Assembly: GCA_046758365.1 (NCBI GenBank)
Contig: JBHIAC010000062.1
Location: 1 to 17,383, forward strand
From: a bacterium
GTDB lineage: Bacteria; Zhuqueibacterota; Zhuqueibacteria; Oceanimicrobiales; Oceanimicrobiaceae
Length of the DNA: 17,383 nucleotides
Reading direction: 5' to 3'
The notes under the pieces are model-generated. The model did not search any database. It saw nothing but the letters and a program-made list of their open reading frames with translations, and was not told the origin of the DNA. The position numbers were made by a program, and so were the translations under genes. Below are positions 6,716 through 16,500 of the stretch, piece by piece (within the stretch, counting starts at the first letter, position 1; each line of letters opens with the position of its first letter).

Positions 6716-8878
6716 ATGAAGACAATATTAAAAATAGTAAGCATCATAATGCTTATATTCATAGTATGCATCAATGCGACTGCTCAGAACAAGATTAAAG
6801 CTACCAAAGGCAAAAAGATCCGGCTTGGGGCATTGTACAAAATTGATGTCAAGGGTAGGCATAACAAAGGCATTCAAAGAGCGGTGGACGATCTCGGGAT
6901 GGAGAGCTTTGTGGAATTTGTGTCCTTTGAATATCTGGATGAGGAAGACGGTTTGAAAAAGCTAATCGAAATAATACAAGGAGGAAAGGTCGATATTGTG
7001 CTAGGGCCTACGGACAGTGGTGTATTCCTCAAAGCCCTGGAACAATTTGAGAATTTGAATAGCTATCAAATCCCAGTAATCTCATCTCTTGTCACCGCTC
7101 CCATTGAAAATAAAGAGGACGGCTGGTTCTTCCGTACAAATGTAGATGTCCAACGAAGAGTTGAAACGATCTACGACTTCCTGAACAAATACTGGATACG
7201 CTCGATTACTGTCCTGTACGCTGATACCGAATTCGGTCGTTTGGCCGAGAGTACATTCAGAAAAGAATTGCGAGGAAACCAAAAGAAGAACTACCAGGCC
7301 TTAAAATACAAAGCTTCGATTGAAGCTCGACCCGCACTAAAACAAATCTTAGACAGCCGTCCTGAAGCAATAGGGATATTCGGCTCTAACGAGGAAATCA
7401 TAGGTTTTTGCAACTCTCTTCGCTCTATGAACCCTCACATCAATCCCTACAAACCGATTCTCTTCACCATAATCGATGCCCGCGAAACGGCCGAAGAGAA
7501 ACTCTACTTTGTTTCATTAGCCGAGCCCGACATACCTGATTCAAACAGTGATAATGGCCAAGTAGTAAAATTAGATGAGGTAGAGGCTCTTGCCTATGAT
7601 ACTGCCATATTGGTGCTTAATGTATTACAAGAGATGTCTAACGATCGGTTTAGCCCGCAAAGATTTAGACAGTTATTTGCGTCATTTTTGAATGGACCCT
7701 TCAAGATACCCGACTCAAACACTGGAATGCAATTTAATAAGTACAAAAATATCGCTAAACCAAGAGTATTTCAAATTCAAAGTAATCAAGTTAAAAAGAT
7801 CGCTATTGGCCAGGCCATAGGCTGGAATGAAAAGCTGAATAATAAATGGGAACTTATCCGAGGACGTTATGGTTTATGGCCCATCTTGGGTAACATCGTG
7901 TTGTTGATTCTTGTGGTCGTAGTATTAAGCATACTAGATCTCAAGCGCTGGTACGAGGGAAAATTCAAAAAGTTAATTAGTCATTTTCATTTTTATTTGC
8001 TTATTATAATCAATGTTGCCCTTGCATTTGGCCTCTACGTCTTTTTAGCCGAAACAGGCAAGATACGTTACGACAGCATAATTACCGTTTTGATTATTGC
8101 TATCACACCTTCAGCTGTTCTCAAGACAACATTTTTTGAAACCCAAACCGGTAAGTCCATTGGGCTGGCAAATCTATACGACCGATTCCTTGCCTGGATC
8201 AACGACAAACTCATGATGGCTAAATATCGGTCCCAGAACAGCAACGTTAATGTCATCGCATACAACAACTCCCTCACCGATATGAAAAGTGAGCTTAATC
8301 AGATTTACCAGAATGCGAGGAATGTCTCCCAATACGTCCGCTTGCAAAGTGAACTAGAGGAGGAGTTACAGAAAGCGGATTCCCACCTTGAGCGCTGCAG
8401 GATCTGTGCTCGCCGTCTGCTTAGTAGGCTGGATTGGGAGGAACTTATGGGAAAGAGATTAGTGCCAGAAGCGTTTAGCGATAAAAATCCCATAGATCCA
8501 AGAATAATAGTTCGCGAAAGTGTTCATTATTGTTTGAAAGATTTGAAGAGAATGGCTCGGGTGGAAAACCTGATTAAAGACCGTCTCAATGAGGTAAAAA
8601 AGAGTTACCTCGAATCACATCTGGAAATGGAAAAAGAATTGAACCAGGATATGCAAGATACACAATCGGCGAGAGGAAAACTGTTCGTCCAAATCAGATT
8701 TTTATTAGTCCAGGTTGGATTTAATCAAACGTGGATGAAAGAGAAAGATTTATTGCCAGAAGAGTATGAAATATCTTTGACTGATACCAGATCCTTTTGG
8801 CGTAGGAAGTGGGACACCCTCCGAACTTGGCTCAGGTCTAAAAAGACTGAGATGATTCCAAAGAGAGCAAAAATGTAG
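6716..8878 (+). CDS. Membrane protein: signal peptide + type I periplasmic-binding (LivJ/Venus-flytrap-like) domain + about 3 TM + duplicated helical C-terminal region
   Basis: GGAGG RBS and signal peptide. IVLGPTDS, IPVIS, WFFRT, LYADTEFG and ALAYDTA are LivJ-type motifs. Hydrophobic segments at about 7870-8125. Confidence 0.85.
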   Translation: MKTILKIVSIIMLIFIVCINATAQNKIKATKGKKIRLGALYKIDVKGRHNKGIQRAVDDLGMESFVEFVSFEYLDEEDGLKKLIEIIQGGKVDIVLGPTDSGVFLKALEQFENLNSYQIPVISSLVTAPIENKEDGWFFRTNVDVQRRVETIYDFLNKYWIRSITVLYADTEFGRLAESTFRKELRGNQKKNYQALKYKASIEARPALKQILDSRPEAIGIFGSNEEIIGFCNSLRSMNPHINPYKPILFTIIDARETAEEKLYFVSLAEPDIPDSNSDNGQVVKLDEVEALAYDTAILVLNVLQEMSNDRFSPQRFRQLFASFLNGPFKIPDSNTGMQFNKYKNIAKPRVFQIQSNQVKKIAIGQAIGWNEKLNNKWELIRGRYGLWPILGNIVLLILVVVVLSILDLKRWYEGKFKKLISHFHFYLLIIINVALAFGLYVFLAETGKIRYDSIITVLIIAITPSAVLKTTFFETQTGKSIGLANLYDRFLAWINDKLMMAKYRSQNSNVNVIAYNNSLTDMKSELNQIYQNARNVSQYVRLQSELEEELQKADSHLERCRICARRLLSRLDWEELMGKRLVPEAFSDKNPIDPRIIVRESVHYCLKDLKRMARVENLIKDRLNEVKKSYLESHLEMEKELNQDMQDTQSARGKLFVQIRFLLVQVGFNQTWMKEKDLLPEEYEISLTDTRSFWRRKWDTLRTWLRSKKTEMIPKRAKM

Positions 8879-9028
8879 ATTTAAATAAATCATATCAGCA
8901 GGCCCGCAAGGACAGTCACCAAGAAGTAAAGACTTCATTCAAGATCAATTTTATCTGATTTTTTATAAGGGTATTTTAACGAAATATTTCGGAGGCATAA
9001 TAGGCGTAATAATTACAGGAGATTAAAA

Positions 9029-9754
9029 ATAGATCCCTGCAGCAAATTATCGAGTGTCGACTTCAACAATGACGAACATCTGAAAATGATTCTATTTAGA
9101 GATAAGCATACAAGAATTGAGGGGTTGTGTACAGAGAATCTGTTCCTCAATGAATTGATTAAAAATACTTTTAATGATTTTTCAATAGGTTGGTGGTTTA
9201 GATTAAAAAATAATTCATATAAAATAATCAAATTTTTATCAAGTATAGCTGAAATCAAAGATGTTGACATTTTTATATTAGATTATTTCAAAGGTAAAGG
9301 CGTTAATACTTTTATTGTAAGTTTCGATGATTCAGAAAAAGATTTCTTTTATTTAAACTATTCGCAAATTCAAAGTAATAGATTTCTAAATGACTGGGAT
9401 AAGTTTAAAATAAGATTTCCAAAGAGTAAAAATTTCCCACCAATTCCCAAAGAGGCTGAAAGGAATAAATATAGGTTAGAACAAGCTATTGACCTATATA
9501 CAAAAAATGAATACCGAAATCAACTAAACTGGATTGGAATAAAATTCACCTCTGAAATACTTTCAAATAGCCCTTCCTTGGCCCCTTTAAAAACGAGCAT
9601 ATTTGGCTCGAATTACTTAAGATATTATCATATAAGCCCCAAATTTTTTCATTTTATTAAGAAATTAGGAAATGAAAAAAATGATAATTTAATAAATTTT
9701 ATAAATGGCAATACAAAACCTTTAAATAGTTTAACTGATTTGAAAATTATATGA
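9029..9754 (+). CDS. AT-rich hypothetical protein (222 aa from ATG 9086; 241 aa if started at ATA 9029)
   Basis: Long open frame in very AT-rich DNA. The RBS AGGAG (9017-9021) is spaced for the in-frame ATA at 9029, not for ATG 9086. No recognised motif. Confidence 0.6.
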   Translation: MDPCSKLSSVDFNNDEHLKMILFRDKHTRIEGLCTENLFLNELIKNTFNDFSIGWWFRLKNNSYKIIKFLSSIAEIKDVDIFILDYFKGKGVNTFIVSFDDSEKDFFYLNYSQIQSNRFLNDWDKFKIRFPKSKNFPPIPKEAERNKYRLEQAIDLYTKNEYRNQLNWIGIKFTSEILSNSPSLAPLKTSIFGSNYLRYYHISPKFFHFIKKLGNEKNDNLINFINGNTKPLNSLTDLKII

Positions 9755-9766
9755 GGTGCAATTATC

Positions 9767-9930
9767 ATGACTATTTATAAATTGAATAAAACTGACGGCA
9801 TGGAAGTAAGATATGAATAATAAATAACCAACAGAGCAGTAAACCTTTGGAAATCAACAAAAACGATGATAAAATTATTAAATTTGGCGATAAATACGAT
9901 GAAATTCAGTGTTTAATTTTTCTTTTCTAG
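9767..9930 (+). pseudogene. Disrupted small gene relic
   Basis: GAGGTG RBS, then MTIYKLNKTDGMEVRYE** (9767-9823), then the protein-like frame EINKNDDKIIKFGDKYDEIQCLIFLF* further on. Confidence 0.35.
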
Positions 9931-9943
9931 GCAAGTAGTAAGC

Positions 9944-10165
9944 GTGTCATGCCTACTGAAGAAACTTCTGCAACTCATGGGAAAATCCGATGAATATTTT
10001 GTTTCAGGTTCTTTATCTTTTCTGCCTCTTCTGGGAAACTATCGACCGCCATTGCACGACGTGGACGCTGCCATCGCTCGCGATCTATTTCAGGCGCGAA
10101 GGCACATGTTCAACCTCTCCGATATTGAAAGTAATGCTAAAATCTTTGATAAGTCAGTCTGGTAA
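9944..10165 (+). pseudogene. Truncated nucleotidyltransferase (Pol-beta superfamily) fragment
   Basis: YFVSGSLS (hG[GS] motif, 10004-10012) followed by HDVD (DxD, 10058-10066). Too short for a full domain, lacks an RBS, and is GC-richer than its flanks. Confidence 0.55.
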
Positions 10166-10224
10166 TTTTGAAAGTTAAGATTTTTAAAATTCGATCTAAT
10201 AATTCAAATTTAATGAAACAAATC

Positions 10225-10253
10225 TTGCTTTTTATAGTATATTGTGGTATCTT
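10225..10253 (+). promoter_or_regulatory. Sigma70 promoter of the tetR-efflux operon (extended -10)
   Basis: TTGCTT (10225-10230), 17 bp spacer, TG-n-TATCTT (10245-10253). Confidence 0.65.
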
Positions 10254-10254
10254 T

Positions 10255-10287
10255 TGACTCATTAGTCATAAGATGACCAATCAGTCA
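10255..10287. promoter_or_regulatory. Tandem TetR operator (two TGACY-N4-AGTCA boxes)
   Basis: TGACTCATTAGTCA (10255-10268) and TGACCAATCAGTCA (10274-10287), overlapping the predicted transcription start. Confidence 0.75.
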
Positions 10288-10307
10288 CTTTTAAGGACAA
10301 ATTAAAT

Positions 10308-10952
10308 ATGGAAACGCAAATAATTTTACCAAGGAAAGAACGTGAACGGCTGACGCGGCGGGAAGAAATATTAACCGCTGCTAGAAAAGTGTTTTCTGAA
10401 CGGGGATTTGAAAAAGCTACCTTGGATGAAATTGCCGAGGTTGCAGAATTTGGCAAGGGCACTATTTATAACTACTTTAAAAGTAAAGAAGAACTTTTTA
10501 CCTGCATCATTGAAAGAGGTATTAACCGCTTTCAACAGTTCGTTGCCGAAGCTATTCAAAATAAAACCACACCAAGAAAAAAAGTTGAAACTTATATTGA
10601 TTCAGCCTTTGAGTTTTTTGAAAAGCACCGGCAAATATTCAGTATTTTAGAACTGGAGCGAAACGATCTCGCACGAAACTTGAATGACGAAATGTTTTGC
10701 AAGTGTTGCGAACAGCAAGCGGCGCTATTACAATTTTTAGCTCAACTATTCAATGAAGGCATTAAAAAAGGGGAGTTCAAAAAATTAGATTCCTTAAAAT
10801 TAGCTCAGGCATTGTTTGGATTAATTCATGTAGCCTACTTCCATGCCATAAGAGAACCTGAAACCAGTAATTTGAAAAAAGACGCCAAATTAATTAAACA
10901 AATATTTTTTGAGGGCGTCGCAAAGGTTTCACTTAATAATTTAAATAGGTAG
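10308..10952 (+). CDS. TetR/AcrR-family transcriptional regulator
   Basis: ILTAARKVFSERGFEKATLDEIAEVAEFGKGTIYNYFKSKEELF HTH; AAGGA RBS. Confidence 0.97.
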   Translation: METQIILPRKERERLTRREEILTAARKVFSERGFEKATLDEIAEVAEFGKGTIYNYFKSKEELFTCIIERGINRFQQFVAEAIQNKTTPRKKVETYIDSAFEFFEKHRQIFSILELERNDLARNLNDEMFCKCCEQQAALLQFLAQLFNEGIKKGEFKKLDSLKLAQALFGLIHVAYFHAIREPETSNLKKDAKLIKQIFFEGVAKVSLNNLNR

Positions 10953-12304
10953 TGAATATGAATTTTAATAAGCTCTTAATTTTAATGTTTGTAACTAATA
11001 TTTTAACTGTTTCTGGATTTTCCCAAAACCAATCTCCAGTAGTGCTCAATCTAGGGAAATCTATCGAATTAGCTCTTGTTAATAATGAATATATACTTAT
11101 TGCAAACAATGAAGTTCATACGGCTAACGCCCAAATTCGGGAAGCTTGGGCAGATGCTTTGCCACAAATTACGTTCAATGGAATATATACCCGAAACATT
11201 AAACAGTCAGTTATTTTCTTACCCGAAATATTTATTTTCCCAGAAGGGGATCCCAATAAACAGGTGCCGATTCGTTTTGGTTCAACAAATTCATACGGTA
11301 TGACTCTTTCTTTCGAGCAAACTATTTACCAGTCTGGAAAAGTTGGCAGTGGTATTAAAGCAGCCAAATTATTTAAAAAATTTTCCAGAGAAGGATTTCA
11401 AACAGTAAAATCGGATGTAATCTTAGCGGTCAAAAAGGCTTATTTTACTGTCCAGTTAGACCAGCAGTTGCTGGCTATCAACCAGCAATCTCTCGAGCAA
11501 CAGTTAGCTCATTTAATAAACACACGCAAGCTCTTTCTACAAGGTCAGGTGTCAGAACTGGACACGTTGCGAGCCTGGGTGGATTACACAAACTTGCAAC
11601 CTCAAGTCATTCGCACCGAAAACAATTTAAGAATAGCCGAGAATCAACTTAAAGAGTTAATCGGCTTAGACCTGGAACAGGAAATTATTTTAGATGGCGA
11701 GTTAGACTTTGAGAAGACCAATGGAATTTCGCTCACCGAAGTTCAGGCAGAAGCCTTAAAAAAAAGGCCGGAACTGAGACAGTTAGAATTTCAAGCTAGT
11801 ATTTTAAAACATAACATTAGCATTACTCGCGCCGATATAATGCCAAAACTTTTTTTTAGTGGTACGTACCAGAGCGTTGCACAATCGAACGCTTTCGATT
11901 TTGGGGAAGGCTTCCAAAATAGTATTAGCGCAGCCATAAGATTGGAAGTACCCATTTTTAACGGAATGAGAACCTTTGCCAAAGTACAGCAAGCCAAGTT
12001 AGAATATAAAAATGCTCAGCATCAATTAGAATTGTTCAAAGACAATATGAATATTGAAGTCAAATCAATTTTGTTAAATATTAAAGAAGCCGAAAAAAGA
12101 GTTCAAGTTCAGCAGCATGCCATAAAGCAGGCAGAACGGGCTCTTTATATCGCAGAACGCCGATATAACGAAGGTGTCGGCACTCAATTAGAAATTGGGG
12201 ACGCGCTCTTGGCATTAAACGTTACAAAAACTAATTACGTTCAAGCCATTTACGATCATAAAATAGCTCTGGCAGAATTGAACAAATCAATTGGGAGAGA
12301 TTAA
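10952..12304 (+). CDS. TolC-family outer membrane efflux protein
   Basis: Signal peptide; two OEP repeats (ALPQITF...VKKAYF; RPEL...PKLFF...VPIFNG...RYNEG); start overlaps the tetR stop. Confidence 0.95.
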   Translation: MNMNFNKLLILMFVTNILTVSGFSQNQSPVVLNLGKSIELALVNNEYILIANNEVHTANAQIREAWADALPQITFNGIYTRNIKQSVIFLPEIFIFPEGDPNKQVPIRFGSTNSYGMTLSFEQTIYQSGKVGSGIKAAKLFKKFSREGFQTVKSDVILAVKKAYFTVQLDQQLLAINQQSLEQQLAHLINTRKLFLQGQVSELDTLRAWVDYTNLQPQVIRTENNLRIAENQLKELIGLDLEQEIILDGELDFEKTNGISLTEVQAEALKKRPELRQLEFQASILKHNISITRADIMPKLFFSGTYQSVAQSNAFDFGEGFQNSISAAIRLEVPIFNGMRTFAKVQQAKLEYKNAQHQLELFKDNMNIEVKSILLNIKEAEKRVQVQQHAIKQAERALYIAERRYNEGVGTQLEIGDALLALNVTKTNYVQAIYDHKIALAELNKSIGRD

Positions 12305-12308
12305 GAAA

Positions 12309-13358
12309 ATGAACTTTTATAAAATTACAACCCTAGTAACTTACCTGATATTATCCTTAATAAGCGTAAAGTGCGGAGATGATGTGGATGGGGAAAAGGG
12401 CTCGACCAATGGTATATCAAAAAAGGTAACTGATGTAAAAGTCATGACCCTAGAGCCACAAAGTTTTGTTGATTTTATAGATGTAACAGGAACTGTAAAT
12501 GCCGACATTGCAACCACAGTGAGCGCCGAAGAAAGCGGTGTCATTGAGGATTTCCTCAAAGAAAAAGGAGATTGGGTCAACAAAGGCGACGTGGTGATAA
12601 AGTTAAAAAGTAATGTTTTACAAGCAAGTTTTGATGAAGCCAAGGCCTCCTTTCTTTTAAGCGAAGCGACTTTTAAAAGACAGGCCAATCTTTACAAAGA
12701 TCATGTGATTTCTGAACAAAAATATTTAGAGTATAAATACACCTTAGATAGAGACAAAGCCCGTTATGAAAATTTAAAAGCGCGCCTTGAAAAAACAAAA
12801 ATAAAAAGCCCAATTCTCGGAATCATAGATGAAAAGCTGGCTGAAATAGGCGAATTTGTTCAACCAGGCACCCCTCTTTTCAAAGTAGTAAAAACAGATA
12901 TAATCAAAATTGCCGCCGGGGTGCCAGAGAGATTTATTCCAGATGTCAAATTAGGCTCTATGGCAAGCATGACTATTGACATATACCCTAACGAAGATTT
13001 TAAGGGTAAAGTGACCTTTGTAGGTCCAAGCATAAATAAAAACAGCCGGACCTTTCCAATTGAAATTGCAATGGCTAATAAAGAAGGAAGGCTCAAACCA
13101 GAAATGTTCGCCAATATAAAAATTAAAAAAGTGCAACTCGAAAATGTGGTGGTGATTTCAAGAGATGCAATCATAGAAACAGAATCAGGAAAATTTGTTT
13201 TTATAGCTAATGGGGGATTAGCTTCAAAACGTGAAGTAAAAATTGGTGGTTCATATAATAATCAAATCTGGATCCAGGAAGGAATCAATCCCGGTGACCA
13301 GCTTATTGTGGTGGGTCATCGAGATTTGGTAGATGGGGAAAGAATTGCGATTCATTAG
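12309..13358 (+). CDS. RND efflux periplasmic adaptor (MFP), probable lipoprotein
   Basis: VSAEESGVI...KEGDWVNKGD-like and IKSPILGII biotinyl-lipoyl halves; SRTFPIEI, LKPEMF and GINPGDQLIVVG motifs; signal ending in Cys (ISVKC). ATG 12309 is preferred over TTG 12291. Confidence 0.95.
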   Translation: MNFYKITTLVTYLILSLISVKCGDDVDGEKGSTNGISKKVTDVKVMTLEPQSFVDFIDVTGTVNADIATTVSAEESGVIEDFLKEKGDWVNKGDVVIKLKSNVLQASFDEAKASFLLSEATFKRQANLYKDHVISEQKYLEYKYTLDRDKARYENLKARLEKTKIKSPILGIIDEKLAEIGEFVQPGTPLFKVVKTDIIKIAAGVPERFIPDVKLGSMASMTIDIYPNEDFKGKVTFVGPSINKNSRTFPIEIAMANKEGRLKPEMFANIKIKKVQLENVVVISRDAIIETESGKFVFIANGGLASKREVKIGGSYNNQIWIQEGINPGDQLIVVGHRDLVDGERIAIH

Positions 13359-13464
13359 ATGGTAAATGGAAGATGGAAAATGGTAAATGGAAGAGAGTTG
13401 AGATTAAGATTGGAATCCTATTGTTTACCTTATATACTTATCTCCCTAGGCCTTATACCATTTA
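13359..13464. repeat. Heptamer tandem repeat (5x ATGGWAR) with a degenerate opposing pyrimidine-rich arm
   Basis: ATGGTAA ATGGAAG ATGGAAA ATGGTAA ATGGAAG (13359-13393); TTTACCTTATATACTTATCTCC...CCTTATACCATTTA (13424-13464). Confidence 0.8.
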
Positions 13465-13526
13465 TGAGTGATTTAATGAACAATGAAAACTTGATTTTCA
13501 AAAATTAATTAATAAACAGGTACAAA

Positions 13527-16500
13527 ATGAAACTAATCAATTTTTCTTTAGCACACAAGCCATCCATTTTTGTTTTAATTTTCATTTTTATTATCATGGG
13601 TTTAATCGCCTATGTTACATTACCGAGGGAATCGGCACCATCAATAACCATCCCCATAATCTTGGTTTCAACACCGTATTTTGGTGTGGCACCTGGAGAC
13701 ATTGAAACATTAGTAACCCAACCCATAGAAAGAAAAATTAAAGAGATAACAGACGTTAAGGAAATCCGCTCTACTTCGAGTGAAGGTATTTCTACTATCG
13801 AGGTTGAATTTAATCCAGATGTAAATATAGATGAAGCGCTTCAAAAAGTACGCGATAAAGTTGATTTGGCTAAAACTGAAATACCCGAAGATGCGGAAGA
13901 ACCTATCATCAACGAGATTAATTTCTCTGAATTTCCCATCATGTTGGTGAATATTTCGGGCCATTACGATTTGATTAAATTAAAAGAAATCGGTGAAGAC
14001 TTTGAGGATAAATTTGAAACGATTCCGGGTGTCCTGGAGGTAACCATCAGCGGTGGCCTTGAACGAGAAGTAAAAGTTAATGTCGATTTGGAAAAACTGA
14101 AACACTACAACCTTGCTTTTAAGGATGTTATCGAAACCATACAAGATGAAAACAAAACCATACCCGGGGGCTCTATTGAAGTAGGGAATTTAAAATATTT
14201 GGTTCGAATTCCTGGTGAGTTCGATCGAGTCGATATCATTCCTGATTTAGTAGTAAAGACTGAAAATGGATCACCGGTTTACATTAAAGATTTTGCCCAG
14301 GTTGAATACAGCTATAAAGAACGTACAAGCTTAGCCCGGGAAGGCGGCCGAAATTGTGTGACCCTGAGTGTAAAAAAACGATCCGGAGAAAATCTTATTC
14401 AAATAGCTGATGAAATTAAAAAAATAATAGAGGAGGAGAAAGCTAAACTACCCACCGGCACCGTCGTTACCATTACAGCCGACCGCTCCAAAGATATTCG
14501 TAACATGGTAGCCGAACTGGAAAACAATATCATTGCCGGTTTATTCTTGGTAATTGTCGTACTATTTGCTTCTCTTGGTTTCCGAAATTCTTTGTTTGTG
14601 GCGGTGGCTATTCCACTGTCCATGTTGATTTCTTTCATCATCATTCAGGCTCTAGGCTACACCTTAAATATGATAATTTTATTTAGTTTAATCCTTGCCT
14701 TAGGTATGTTGGTGGACAACGCCATTGTCCTGGTTGAAAATATTTACCGCCATCGAGAAGAGGGATACAACGCATTTGAAGCGGCTAAACAAGGAGCCTC
14801 TGAAATTAGTAGGGCCATTACTGCTTCAACAGTTACTACGCTGTGCGCTTTTGCGCCCATGATTTTTTGGCCAGGCATTATGGGTGAATTTATGAAATAT
14901 TTACCCATCGCCCTTATCATTACATTAAGTAGTTCTCTCTTTGTGGCCTTGACCATCAATCCCGTACTCTGCGAAGTATTTATGAGAGAGACCAAGAAAA
15001 AAAGTAAGGAGAGATTTTTACCCAAAATTTTAAAATACTATGAAAATATCCTTAGATTTGCTTTAAATCATAGAGCCATTACTCTATCAGCGGCTTTTTT
15101 AACCCTTGTGCTCATTTTTGTATTATATGCTTTCTTCGGTAAAGGTGTTGAATTTTTCCCGGAGGTCGAACCGTCCCAAATAGTCATTGAGGTTACCGCA
15201 CCTACTGGAACAAAACTGGAAGAATCCAATCGTATTGTCAAGGAAATTGAAGAGGATATCCCAAAGTTTGAACAAGATATCACAAGTTATGTATCTAATG
15301 TTGGCACTGTAGGTGGAGGATTTAGTTTTGGAGGAGGAGAGGGCACACCCCACAAGAGTAGGGTAACCATAGAGTTTGTGGATCATCAATACCGACACCA
15401 ATCATCAGAAATTACGATGCGGCAAATCCGTCACCAGGTAGAGCATATTCCTGGTGCCAGAATCGAAGTTCAACAGCCTCATATGGGCCCACCAACAGGT
15501 CCCCCAATTAACGTGGAAATCTCAGGGGATGATTTTAAAATATTAGGCGATTTAGCCGCCAAAGTTAGAAAAGAGATCAAACAGATCCCTGGCTTGGTAG
15601 ATCTCAAAGATGATTTTGATCAGGGCAGACCCGAATTAAAAGTCCGTATAGATAGAAGAAAAGCAGCTATTTATGGCTTAAATACATCAAAGATAGCCTC
15701 AACCATTCGCACGGCTATTTACGGCACTGAGGCCTCTGAATATCGCGTGGCCGACGACGAATACGACATAACCGTGCGCCTCAAAGAGCAAACACGGAAC
15801 AGGCTCGATGTCTTAGAAAACATCACTATAAATGATGAAGGAACTCAAATCCCTCTCATATCCTTGGCTACATTTGAAGTAGAAGGAGGCTTTACTGCCA
15901 TTAAACGGAAAGATTTGAAACGCGTGGTTACTATATCGGGTAATGTAGAAGGTCGTCTTGCCAACGATGTTTTAAAAAATGTACAAACAAAAATTGCCGG
16001 TTTCCAATTTCCTTTAGGATATTCGGTGGAATATACCGGGGAAAACGAAGAACAGGAAGAAAGTAAAGCTTTTCTAACCAGAGCCTTTATGATGGCCATA
16101 TTTCTTATCTTTCTTGTGCTTGTTTATGAATTTAACTCCGCCGCACTGCCATTTGTTATTATGGTTTCAGTTATATTATCCTTAATAGGTGTACTTATAG
16201 GATTGTTGGTTACCCGAATGCCTTTCGGTATTCTCATGACAGGAATCGGAGTGATAAGTTTAGCCGGGGTGGTGGTTAATAATGCCATTGTTCTGATTGA
16301 TTATATTCAACAATTGCGACAGCGTGGAATGGAAAAATTAGAAGCGATCATCAAAGGTGGTAAAACCAGATTACGTCCAGTTATTTTGACAGCTATTACC
16401 ACAATCATGGGTCTCATTCCGCTAACCACAGGATTTAATTTTGATTTTCGCAACTTTAGATTTGACATCGGCGGTGAAAGCTCTCAATGGTGGGGTCCCA

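Noticed and set aside
8879..9030. attC or intrinsic terminator after the 720-aa gene
   Set aside because: No convincing inverted repeat with core sites or U-tract.
13359..13393. CRISPR array
   Set aside because: Units are 7 nt with no spacers, and there are no cas genes in the window.
4030..16099. Numerous short overlapping or antisense ORFs inside the long genes
   Set aside because: Shadow frames of well-supported CDSs, without recognisable motifs.
14700..16300. RND proton-relay residues differ from AcrB (DN instead of DD; NN instead of KN)
   Set aside because: VDNAIV/VNNAIV variants are common in RND subfamilies and are not evidence of inactivation or novelty.
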